64,000 bases of DNA, taken from NCBI GenBank assembly GCA_965248355.1, contig OZ252098.1:4480001-4544000 (forward strand). The letters are read 5' to 3'. A program made the translations under genes and the position numbers. This DNA is from Candidatus Latescibacterota bacterium (GTDB lineage Bacteria > Latescibacterota > UBA2968 > UBA8231). Below the pieces are notes generated by a model that was given only the letters and a program-made list of their open reading frames with translations, was not told the origin of the DNA and did not search any database. This document shows, in pieces, positions 56,709 to 64,000 of this stretch (positions within the stretch are counted from its first letter, which is position 1; every line of letters begins with the position of its first letter).

Positions 56709-59627
56709 ATGACCCACTCCTTCGCCAAGGCTTGGTGGATCGCGGCCGTCCTCGCCGTCGCCACTACCTCCTGGTCCCAGCCCAAGCTGATTCACGCACC
56801 GGATCCCTCCGATCCCATGGCCGTTCACGTGTACCGGCTGAAGAACGGCCTCACCGTCTATCTCAGCGAGAACGATCAGAAACCGCGGTTCTACGCCGAG
56901 ATCGTCGTCAGGGCGGGCAGCAAGCACGACCCGGCGATATCGACGGGGATCGCCCACTACCTCGAACACATGCTGTTCAAGGGGACCACCCGGCTCGGCA
57001 CCCTCGACTACGAAGCCGAGCGGGTTCATCTCGACAGCATCGTAGCTCTCTACGAGCGGCACTTCGCAGAGATCGATTCGACGAAGCGCCAGCAGCTGTA
57101 CGCCCTGATCAACGAACAAGGGCAGCTCGGATCCCAGTACGCCGTCCCCGGCGAGATCGACAGGACCTACAGCGCCCTCGGCGCCGAGGGTCTCAACGCC
57201 CACACCTGGGTCGAGGAGACGGTGTACAAGGTCGACCTGCCATCGAATCGTCTCGCCCACTGGGCGAGGCTGGAGGCGGAGCGGTTTGCGCAGCCGGTCT
57301 TCAGACTGTTTCAGACCGAGCTGGAAACGGTGTACGAGGAGAAGAACCGCTCCCTCGACAACAAGGACCAGCTCATCCGGGATGCGGTGAACCGCCACCT
57401 CTACAAGGTTCATCCCTACGGACAGCAGACGACCATCGGCTCGGTGGAACACCTGAAGAACCCATCTCTCAAGCTGATGTACGACTACTACCGGACGTGG
57501 TACGTGCCGAATAACATGGCCGTGATCATCTCGGGTGACGTCGACGTGGAGCGAGCCATCGAGCTGATCAATCGAGAGTTCTCCAGGTGGGAACGGCGCG
57601 AGCTGCCGAAGCCGAAAAAGTGGAGAGAGAAGAAGCTGGAGGAGATCGAGCGCGTCGAAGTCGTCTACCCGGGCGAGGAGTACGTGTTGCTGGCCTTTCG
57701 CACCGGCCCGAGCACCCACAAGCACACCGAGGCGCTGCAGGTTCTCGACTACATCCTGGACAACGCCACCGCCGGGCTGATCAACCTCAACCTCAATCAG
57801 AAACAGCGGGTGCGCCGCGCCGGCTCGTGGACTACGTCACACCACAACCGCAATGACTACGGAGCCCAGTACCTTTATGGAGTGCCCAAGGAGGGACAGA
57901 CGCTGGAGGAAGTCGAGGCGCTCCTGGTCGAGCAGCTGGACCTGATCAAGTCGGGCCGTTTCGAAGACTGGATCATTCCGGCCATCGTCACCGATTGGAA
58001 GAAGACCTACCGCCGGAGGCTCGAGGCGAACAGCTCCCGAGCGGCACTGATGCGCCAAGCCTTCCTGTCATTCAAAGAGTGGGACCACGCCCGGCGCAAG
58101 CTCGAGCGCATGGCGAAACTGCGCAAGAAGGATATCGTCAAGGTGGCGATGAAGTACTTCGACGACGGCTACGTCGCCGGTTATCGCCGTGATGGCGAGC
58201 TCTCCCTTCCGACGGTCGACAAACCGGTGCTCGATGCGATCGCCATAGACCCGGCGAGAGAGTCTGCCTTGGCCGCCGAGATCCTCGCTCTGCCGAGTGA
58301 GGATCTCGAGCCGGTATTCTTGATACCCGGCAAGGACTTCACCACGAAGAGACTGTGCGACGGGATCGATCTGTACTATGCGGCCAATCCGCTGAACGAC
58401 CTGTTTTCACTCGAGATCTCGGTCGACGTCGGCAAGCTGGCTGCGGGCCGGCTCGCGGTCGCGGGACGGCTCCTCGACAAGTCCGGCGCCGGCGGCCTGA
58501 GCTCCGAGGAGCTCAAGAAGGAGTGGTATCGTCTTGGGACCGAGTTCTCCTTTTCCCCCGGCGATCACTCCACAGCGATCTCGATCTCGGGATTGGACGA
58601 GAACTTCGCGCCCTCCATCGATCTGATGATGTCGGCACTGCTGCAGCCGACGGCGCCGGATTCCACCCTTGACGAGCTGATCGAGATCATCCTCGTGGAG
58701 CGGCAGGATGCCGTCAAGGATCACAACACGGTTCAGCGGGCCCTGTTCCGGTTCAACCGTCACGGCGAGAATTCCTCCTACCTGCGGGTGCTGTCGAACG
58801 AGCAGCTCCAGCGCTTGACGGTGGGGGAGCTGCATGCCATCGCCAGCAACCTGTTGTCGCACGAGCACGATGTATCGTATACAGGTTCCCTGCCGATCGA
58901 GCAGGTCATGGAGACGCTGTCGGAGCGCTACGTCCTCCCCGCGGCCGAGTTGAGAGCCCCGCCGCCGTTTGAGGCCTTGGAGATACGCCGGCCCGAGGAG
59001 ACGGAAATCCTGTTCTTCTACAAGGAGATGGCCCAGGCCCTGGTCCGCATCGAGTCGGGGGGTGAGACCTACGGCGAGGACAGGCGCCCCCAGATCGATC
59101 TCTTCAACGAGTACTTCTACGGAGGCATGACCGGTATTGTCTTCCAGGAGCTACGCGAAGCGAGGGCCCTGGCGTACTCGGCCTGGGCCTGGCAGTTCCA
59201 CGGAGACCGCAAGGAGGACTACGATCTGTTCTCCGGCTTCATCGGCTCTCAGGCGGACAAGGCCCCAGAGGCCGTCGGAGCGTTCATCGAGCTGATCGAC
59301 GACATTCCCGAATCGGAGGAGCGCTTCGCCGCTGCTAGAAAGGCACTCGTCGAGCAGTACCGCACCCGGCGGCTCGGGTTCAGGGATGTGCTGGGGGCGG
59401 TGCGCAAATGGGAACGTCAGGAGGTCCCCATCGATCCACGGGCCTGGCGTTTCGAGCAGGTCAAGATCGCCTCACTCCCCCAGCTGCTCGACTACCATGC
59501 GAGACACATCGAGGGGCGGCCGAAGATGATCTCCATCGTCGGGGATGGATCGAAGATCGACTTGGACGAGCTCAGTCGTTTCGGAGAGGTGGTCGAGGTC
59601 GGCATCGAGCATATCTTCGGGTATTGA
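56709..59627 (+). CDS. M16 (insulinase) family zinc peptidase, exported
   Basis: Signal peptide; GIAHYLEHMLFKGT (HXXEH), NAHT..E.T.Y, YVPNNM, FQELREARALAYS. Confidence 0.93.
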   Translation: MTHSFAKAWWIAAVLAVATTSWSQPKLIHAPDPSDPMAVHVYRLKNGLTVYLSENDQKPRFYAEIVVRAGSKHDPAISTGIAHYLEHMLFKGTTRLGTLDYEAERVHLDSIVALYERHFAEIDSTKRQQLYALINEQGQLGSQYAVPGEIDRTYSALGAEGLNAHTWVEETVYKVDLPSNRLAHWARLEAERFAQPVFRLFQTELETVYEEKNRSLDNKDQLIRDAVNRHLYKVHPYGQQTTIGSVEHLKNPSLKLMYDYYRTWYVPNNMAVIISGDVDVERAIELINREFSRWERRELPKPKKWREKKLEEIERVEVVYPGEEYVLLAFRTGPSTHKHTEALQVLDYILDNATAGLINLNLNQKQRVRRAGSWTTSHHNRNDYGAQYLYGVPKEGQTLEEVEALLVEQLDLIKSGRFEDWIIPAIVTDWKKTYRRRLEANSSRAALMRQAFLSFKEWDHARRKLERMAKLRKKDIVKVAMKYFDDGYVAGYRRDGELSLPTVDKPVLDAIAIDPARESALAAEILALPSEDLEPVFLIPGKDFTTKRLCDGIDLYYAANPLNDLFSLEISVDVGKLAAGRLAVAGRLLDKSGAGGLSSEELKKEWYRLGTEFSFSPGDHSTAISISGLDENFAPSIDLMMSALLQPTAPDSTLDELIEIILVERQDAVKDHNTVQRALFRFNRHGENSSYLRVLSNEQLQRLTVGELHAIASNLLSHEHDVSYTGSLPIEQVMETLSERYVLPAAELRAPPPFEALEIRRPEETEILFFYKEMAQALVRIESGGETYGEDRRPQIDLFNEYFYGGMTGIVFQELREARALAYSAWAWQFHGDRKEDYDLFSGFIGSQADKAPEAVGAFIELIDDIPESEERFAAARKALVEQYRTRRLGFRDVLGAVRKWERQEVPIDPRAWRFEQVKIASLPQLLDYHARHIEGRPKMISIVGDGSKIDLDELSRFGEVVEVGIEHIFGY

Positions 59628-59742
59628 TTGTTGACGCCAAGGCTGCGGGTACGGGCCCGACCGCTTCGTGAGGTGTCCACTATGAATCACGAGGCTAAAG
59701 GACCGTCCATCGACTCCGCCGTAGCCGCGACCCGGACACGCC

Positions 59743-60738
59743 CTAGAGCGCCAGCACCTCATCCCAGAACCGCCGCTCCACCGGCACTCCGAGGCGCAGG
59801 GCCTCGCGACGCCGCTCGGCGCTGCGCTGCCCGGGGTAAGCGACCCCCTCTCCGGGCAGGGAGGCCGCCGAGGCCAGGTCGGCCAGCGACTCCTCCACGG
59901 CCTGCCGCACGCGGGCGGGATCGCCGACCTTCGCCAGGTCGATGGCCAGGAACATCTGCGACACCCCCGCCTCCTTCGGCTCCCGCGAGATCTCCGCCGT
60001 GGTGCGGCCCCCGGAGACCAGGGCCGCCACCAGGTCCAGGCACAGGGCCAGGCCGCTGCCCTTCCAGAGGCCGATGGGGAGGGGGCGCTCCAGGGCCGCG
60101 GCGTCGGTGGTCAGCCGGCCCTCGGCGTCGTACCCGCCGGGCACGGGCAGGGGCTCGCCGCTGCGCGCGTGGATCTGCACGCGCCCGCCCGAGAACTGGC
60201 TCATCGCCATGTCGAGGAGCACGGGGTCGCCTCCGGGCGCCGGCACCGCCATCACCAGGGGGTTGTTCCCCAGCCGTTTCTCCGCCGAGCCGTGGGGCGG
60301 CATCAGGCGCGTCGTGTTCGTCCAGCAGATGCCGATGCAGCCGCCCGCCGCCGCCCGCAGGCCGTAGGTGCCGGCGCGCATCCAGTGGCTGGTGTTGCGC
60401 AGGGCCACGGCGCCCACCGCGTGCTCGCGGGCCAGCTCGACGGCGCGGTCCATGCAGGCCAGGGCGCTGAGGATGCCGGGGCCCCGGTGCCCGTCCCACT
60501 GCTCCAGCGCCCCGAGGGCGGCCACCCGCTCGGCCCGGGCCGCCGGGTCGAGCCGTCCGCCGCGCACGTCGCCGACGAAGGCGGGGAAGCGGTTGATCCC
60601 GTGGGAGGCGACGCCGTCGCAGGTGTTGTCGGCGAAGACGCGCGCCAGCGTGGCCGCGTCCGCCTCGTCGAAGCCGGAGGCCGACAGGGCCCGCTCGAAC
60701 TCGCCGAGCATGCGCTCATAGGGAACACGGAAGGTCAA
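59743..60738 (-). CDS. yiaK: 3-dehydro-L-gulonate 2-dehydrogenase (Ldh_2 family)
   Basis: DGVASHGINRFP, LRNTSHWMRAGTYG, ICWTNT..MPP, GNNP, DMAMSQFS, PIG.WKGSG. Confidence 0.85.
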   Translation of the reverse strand: MTFRVPYERMLGEFERALSASGFDEADAATLARVFADNTCDGVASHGINRFPAFVGDVRGGRLDPAARAERVAALGALEQWDGHRGPGILSALACMDRAVELAREHAVGAVALRNTSHWMRAGTYGLRAAAGGCIGICWTNTTRLMPPHGSAEKRLGNNPLVMAVPAPGGDPVLLDMAMSQFSGGRVQIHARSGEPLPVPGGYDAEGRLTTDAAALERPLPIGLWKGSGLALCLDLVAALVSGGRTTAEISREPKEAGVSQMFLAIDLAKVGDPARVRQAVEESLADLASAASLPGEGVAYPGQRSAERRREALRLGVPVERRFWDEVLAL

Positions 60739-61985
60739 GGTCCCAGCGCCCCCACGGGGATCACTCCCACGTCCCCGGTTCCCGCGGTGCCGTACCCGCT
60801 CGGCACGATGACCGCAAGGGCGGACGGCCTCTCGTGGTCGCTGTGCTCCATCCGGCGGGCCAGCTTGCGAAGGTTCCTGGCGCCGTCTTCCACCCAGCGT
60901 TCGCCCAGCTTGATCTCGAAGGCCGCCCAGCGCCCATCCGCCGCCTCGACGATGGCGTCCACTTCCAGGCCCTCCTTCTCCCGGTAGTGGAACACCTGCG
61001 CGTCCGCGGCCTGGGCGTAGACCCGCAGGTCGCGGATCACCATGGACTCGAACAGAAGACCGAGGAACTCCAGGTCGGCGGTCAGGCGGGCGGGGGTGGC
61101 TCGCAACGCCGCAACCGCCAGCGAGGGATCGACGAAGTGCCGGACGGGGGTCTCACGAAGTGTGGTGCGGGATCGCAGATGCGGCGACCAGGCCGGCTGG
61201 TTCTCCACGACCATGAGCCGGTCCAGGGCGTCGAGATAGGCGGCGACCGTGTCCGCCTTCAGGGGCGCGCCGGTGCCGCCGGCTTCGGCGGTCAGCTTCG
61301 ACATGGACACGGGCGTGGCCATGTTGCGCGCCAGCGACCGCAGCAGGCGTCCCACCCTGACCGGATCCCGTGTCCTTCCGCTGACCGTCGATACGTCCGT
61401 GCGGCGTATCTCGTCGAGGTAGGCGCGGTTCGCGCGCAAGGTCTGCGGCAGCGCCTTGCCGATGTTGGCGGGCCAGCCCCCGGCGCATACGACCTGGGCG
61501 ACCGACAGGATCGGCAGCTCGGATGGCCTCGCCCGCTGTTCGGAGCCGTCCAGGAGGCGCTGCAAGGAGATTTCGCCAGTGGAGTGACCGGTCTCGCAAA
61601 GCGACATGGGGCGCATGCGCAGCCGGGAGAAGCGGCCGGCCCCGGTGTGGCGTGTGATGTCGTCGGCGGGAACGGCTGAGCCGGTGAGAATGAACCGGCC
61701 GGGGGCAGCGCGCCGGTCGACCGTTCTGCGCACGTGGTTCCAGATGGCGGGTTCGAGTTGCCACTCGTCGATCAGTCGCGGCGTGTCTCCGTCCAGTACC
61801 GCTCCCGGATCCGCGCCGATCATCCGCCGGGCATTGTCGTCTACGTCCAGCAGCACCTCGCTCCGGGCCGCCTGCATGGCGGTAGCCGTCTTCCCGGAGG
61901 CCTTGGGCCCTTCCACGAGGACCGCACCGGTGACTCCAAGCAGCTCCGCAAGTTCGGCATCGACGATGCGCGGCAGGTATGCCAT
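60735..61985 (-). CDS. AAA_14 ATPase with DUF4143 domain and C-terminal PD-(D/E)XK-like motif
   Basis: YLPRIVD, EGPKASGKT, LIDEWQ, FILTGS, HTGAGR, MRPMSL, FVDPSL, GLLFES, EVDAI...FEIK. Confidence 0.92.
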   Translation of the reverse strand: MAYLPRIVDAELAELLGVTGAVLVEGPKASGKTATAMQAARSEVLLDVDDNARRMIGADPGAVLDGDTPRLIDEWQLEPAIWNHVRRTVDRRAAPGRFILTGSAVPADDITRHTGAGRFSRLRMRPMSLCETGHSTGEISLQRLLDGSEQRARPSELPILSVAQVVCAGGWPANIGKALPQTLRANRAYLDEIRRTDVSTVSGRTRDPVRVGRLLRSLARNMATPVSMSKLTAEAGGTGAPLKADTVAAYLDALDRLMVVENQPAWSPHLRSRTTLRETPVRHFVDPSLAVAALRATPARLTADLEFLGLLFESMVIRDLRVYAQAADAQVFHYREKEGLEVDAIVEAADGRWAAFEIKLGERWVEDGARNLRKLARRMEHSDHERPSALAVIVPSGYGTAGTGDVGVIPVGALGP

Positions 61986-61993
61986 CGGTTGGT

Positions 61994-62022
61994 AGAGTAC
62001 ACCGGCCCGGCCGGCCCCGCAA
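61994..62022 (-). promoter_or_regulatory. Putative sigma70 promoter of the AAA-DUF4143 gene
   Basis: Minus strand TTGCGG-17 bp-TACTCT, 8 nt before the ATG. Confidence 0.5.
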
Positions 62023-62030
62023 GCTCCAGA

Positions 62031-62112
62031 GGGTGATTCGGCGGAGATATAGAGGGTGATTCGGCGTCAATACAGCGGGTGATTCGGCGGCTACTCAGCG
62101 GGTGATTCGGCG
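62031..62112. repeat. Four exact copies of GGGTGATTCGGCG at 23-bp period with variable 10-bp spacers
   Basis: Copies start at 62031, 62054, 62077, 62100; spacers GAGATATAGA, TCAATACAGC, GCTACTCAGC; degenerate fifth copy GGGTGTTCG at 62125. Confidence 0.92.
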
Positions 62113-62153
62113 GACGGCATACCCGGGTGTTCGTCAGGTGCCGGAGGACCTGG

Positions 62154-62624
62154 TCAGCCTGGTTCCAGCATCCATGCGACGAACGCTTCGACCCGCTCGC
62201 GAAAGGCCGCGAGAGTCTCCGGCAACCGCTCTTCCAGGGACTCCATCCTATCCGCGTCCAGAACGCCGCCGTAGACATTCCGGAACAGATGCCGGAATCG
62301 GAGGTAATCCCCGAGAGTCCCGGCAAGGCCTTGATCGATGACAGCCGGGCGGACCTCGGCGATGTGGAGCGTCATGTCGTCGACCAGGTCCCGATGCCAC
62401 TGGTCGCCCCGCGGAACCCCTCCGTTGAGCTCTCGGGCGATGCGAAGGAAGACGCGTTCGACGCCGTTGTAGAAATCGTGAAGGATCGAGCCGCGAGCCC
62501 TCACGGAATAGGTGTCGTCCTGCCGTGGAGCCTTGGCGAGCTCCTCGCCCAGGGCGGCCAGGCTCGCAAGCTCGGATTCGACTTCAGCGGCCAGCCTCCG
62601 AGCCACGACCTCTTCCAGTCTCAC
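62154..62624 (-). CDS. HEPN (HepT-like) toxin
   Basis: LHDFYNGVERVF..IA, G..WHR.L..M, RPAVI, YLRFRHLFRNVY. Confidence 0.85.
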   Translation of the reverse strand: MRLEEVVARRLAAEVESELASLAALGEELAKAPRQDDTYSVRARGSILHDFYNGVERVFLRIARELNGGVPRGDQWHRDLVDDMTLHIAEVRPAVIDQGLAGTLGDYLRFRHLFRNVYGGVLDADRMESLEERLPETLAAFRERVEAFVAWMLEPG

Positions 62625-62956
62625 AGCTCGACCCCGTCTTCGCTGACGGCGCGGCGCAGGGCGGTCGTGGCCACTTCCAGGGCGGTCAGGTCCAGCCTGA
62701 AATCGGTCATGGCGGCGGCGCCGGCGGAGACCGAAAAGAACCGGGCCGGCTCGATCCCCTCGACGACGAGGTCGATATCCGAGCGGTCCGTAAACGCCCG
62801 GACCGGCTCGAAGGCGGATCCGATTCCGACGACCCGGCGCGCCCCCTGTTCAACCAGGTAGGAAGCGATGCGCCGCGCGTCGGCCAGCGCCAGCTCGCGG
62901 TCGCCGGACTCGAAGTGGGTGACCCGGATGTGATTGAGCAGAGCCTCGCGGTCCAT
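62621..62956 (-). CDS. Minimal nucleotidyltransferase (MNT) antitoxin
   Basis: GA.RV..IGS...SDIDLVVEG; GTGA overlap with the HEPN gene. Confidence 0.85.
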   Translation of the reverse strand: MDREALLNHIRVTHFESGDRELALADARRIASYLVEQGARRVVGIGSAFEPVRAFTDRSDIDLVVEGIEPARFFSVSAGAAAMTDFRLDLTALEVATTALRRAVSEDGVEL

Positions 62957-62965
62957 GCCCTGAAT

Positions 62966-63820
62966 CTACAACAGCCTCCGCGCGAGGGCTTGCGATTCAT
63001 GCCGGTCCTCCCACGGGTCGGAGGCAAGACGGGCGAAGGTCCAGAGCCGCACGCGTTCGGGGTCGATGCCAAGCAACTCGGAGAACCGGCCGATGGTGGC
63101 GCCCGGTCTCGAGCGCAACCGGCCGGGACAGTTCAGCAGGTGCTGGGTGGCGTCGTAGGCGGCATCCCCGACAAACGGCTTGGGATCGATGACGAGCCAT
63201 GGCTGGCGCTGCGCTCGAAGGACATTGCCCGCGTGCAAGTCGGTGGCCAGCAATACATCAGAAGGTGGATCGGCCAGCAGCGCCTGGTAGATGCGCAATC
63301 CCTCCCTGGCGAGTCCTGGGTCAGGCCAGAGGGCTGCCTTCTCCTCGGACTCCCGGGTCCAGGCGGCGATCATCTCCGACAACGGCCGGAAGGGGTGGGA
63401 GTCAGGCACCGCACGCCACAGTCTCTTCAACAGTCCTGCCACGACAAGATCTTGTTCCTCCTCCGGCCGCCCTCGCAGGGGCGCGCCCGGCTCGCAACGT
63501 TCGAGGAGCATCGCGTTGAGCTCGCGGTCGGCCTCCAGAACCCGGACGGTTGGATCGCCGTTGCAGAACAGCAAGCCGTCGATCTCGTCCCGGGCCTCCA
63601 TGTGCGGCCATCCGAGCTTCAGCACCGCCGGTGTTCCATCTCCCCGGGTACATGGCGCAACCCAGGAACAGCTCGCGTCTCCATAGGGGACGCCAAGGGT
63701 CAGGGACCAGCGCTGCTCGAGACCATGGATGGCTCCGGGCAATCGATCCAGCCACGCCGCGCGATCGATCCGCTGGCGGAAATGGGTCTCCAGCCGTTCG
63801 GGAATCGGGACGGAGCTCAC
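62966..63820 (-). CDS. APH(6)/hydroxyurea kinase family phosphotransferase
   Basis: WL..LP......RW.L, AVLK, LLERC.PG, DLHAGNVL, W.VIDPKP..GD..YD; GTG start at 63820 inferred. Confidence 0.85.
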   Translation of the reverse strand: MSSVPIPERLETHFRQRIDRAAWLDRLPGAIHGLEQRWSLTLGVPYGDASCSWVAPCTRGDGTPAVLKLGWPHMEARDEIDGLLFCNGDPTVRVLEADRELNAMLLERCEPGAPLRGRPEEEQDLVVAGLLKRLWRAVPDSHPFRPLSEMIAAWTRESEEKAALWPDPGLAREGLRIYQALLADPPSDVLLATDLHAGNVLRAQRQPWLVIDPKPFVGDAAYDATQHLLNCPGRLRSRPGATIGRFSELLGIDPERVRLWTFARLASDPWEDRHESQALARRLL

Positions 63821-64000
63821 CCCAGCAGCGCCGCCACCGCCTCCGCCGAACGGTCCCAGAACCACCCCGGCGCCGCTCCCATGGCCAGCACCACCACGGC
63901 GGCGACCGCCGCCGCCGCCAGCGAAGCCCCGCCGGTCCGCAGCGGCTCCTCGTCCTCCGCCGGCGCGAAGTACGCCTGCCGCAGCACCAGCAGATAGTAG
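63817..64000 (-). CDS. nuoN: NADH-quinone oxidoreductase subunit N-like, C-terminal fragment (runs off window end)
   Basis: Manual translation YYLLVLRQAYFAP...AAVAAVVVLAMGAAPGWFW...LLG*; YYL.....YF plus final TM helix with G..P is typical of NuoN. Confidence 0.7.
   Translation of the reverse strand, partial: YYLLVLRQAYFAPAEDEEPLRTGGASLAAAAVAAVVVLAMGAAPGWFWDRSAEAVAALLG

Noticed and set aside
62031..62112. CRISPR array
   Set aside because: 13-bp repeats with 10-bp spacers are far too short, and no cas genes are in the window
62966..63820. Bona fide streptomycin resistance gene
   Set aside because: Only family-level APH(6)-like motifs are visible; the substrate cannot be assigned from sequence
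1..64000. Many long overlapping or antisense ORFs in the track (for example 1188..3701-, 9622..12588+, 35462..38527+, 46587..49697+, 62525..63997+)
   Set aside because: Shadow frames of real genes in high-GC DNA; Arg/Pro/Gly-rich or antisense-typical composition with no family motifs

Overview
High-GC bacterial chromosomal segment. Its gene families (DUF6785-like membrane protein, EF-hand/dockerin-tagged secreted protein, sulfatase, Gfo/Idh/MocA oxidoreductases) suggest a Latescibacterota/Gemmatimonadota-like organism, which is an inference. 1-9.8 kb: translationally coupled aromatic amino acid/housekeeping operon (trpC end, trpS, chorismate mutase, tyrA, aroA-like, small membrane protein, aroE, argS, aroK, aroB, rimO, DUF971). 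The AroA homologue is full length but has lost nearly every EPSP synthase active-site motif, making it a candidate pseudoenzyme. 12.6-24 kb: surface polysaccharide cluster with an IS630 inserted exactly at a stop codon, then sixA and a phosphomannomutase gene separated by a perfect DnaA box. 24-64 kb: accessory region. It includes an AAA-PD-(D/E)XK nuclease bracketed by a membrane-protein gene and a multiply deleted relic copy of it, an HsdR_N nuclease fused to a SeqA-C-like domain, two MNT-HEPN toxin-antitoxin pairs (one with an HTH-fused MNT), two close paralogues of a beta-helix protein 8.8 kb apart, several frameshifted genes and putative glycan-catabolic genes. It also holds an AAA-DUF4143 ATPase whose promoter is preceded by four exact 13-bp repeats at a strict 23-bp period. 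No rRNA, tRNA or CRISPR array was recognised. All family calls come from motif recognition by eye; no database search was run.
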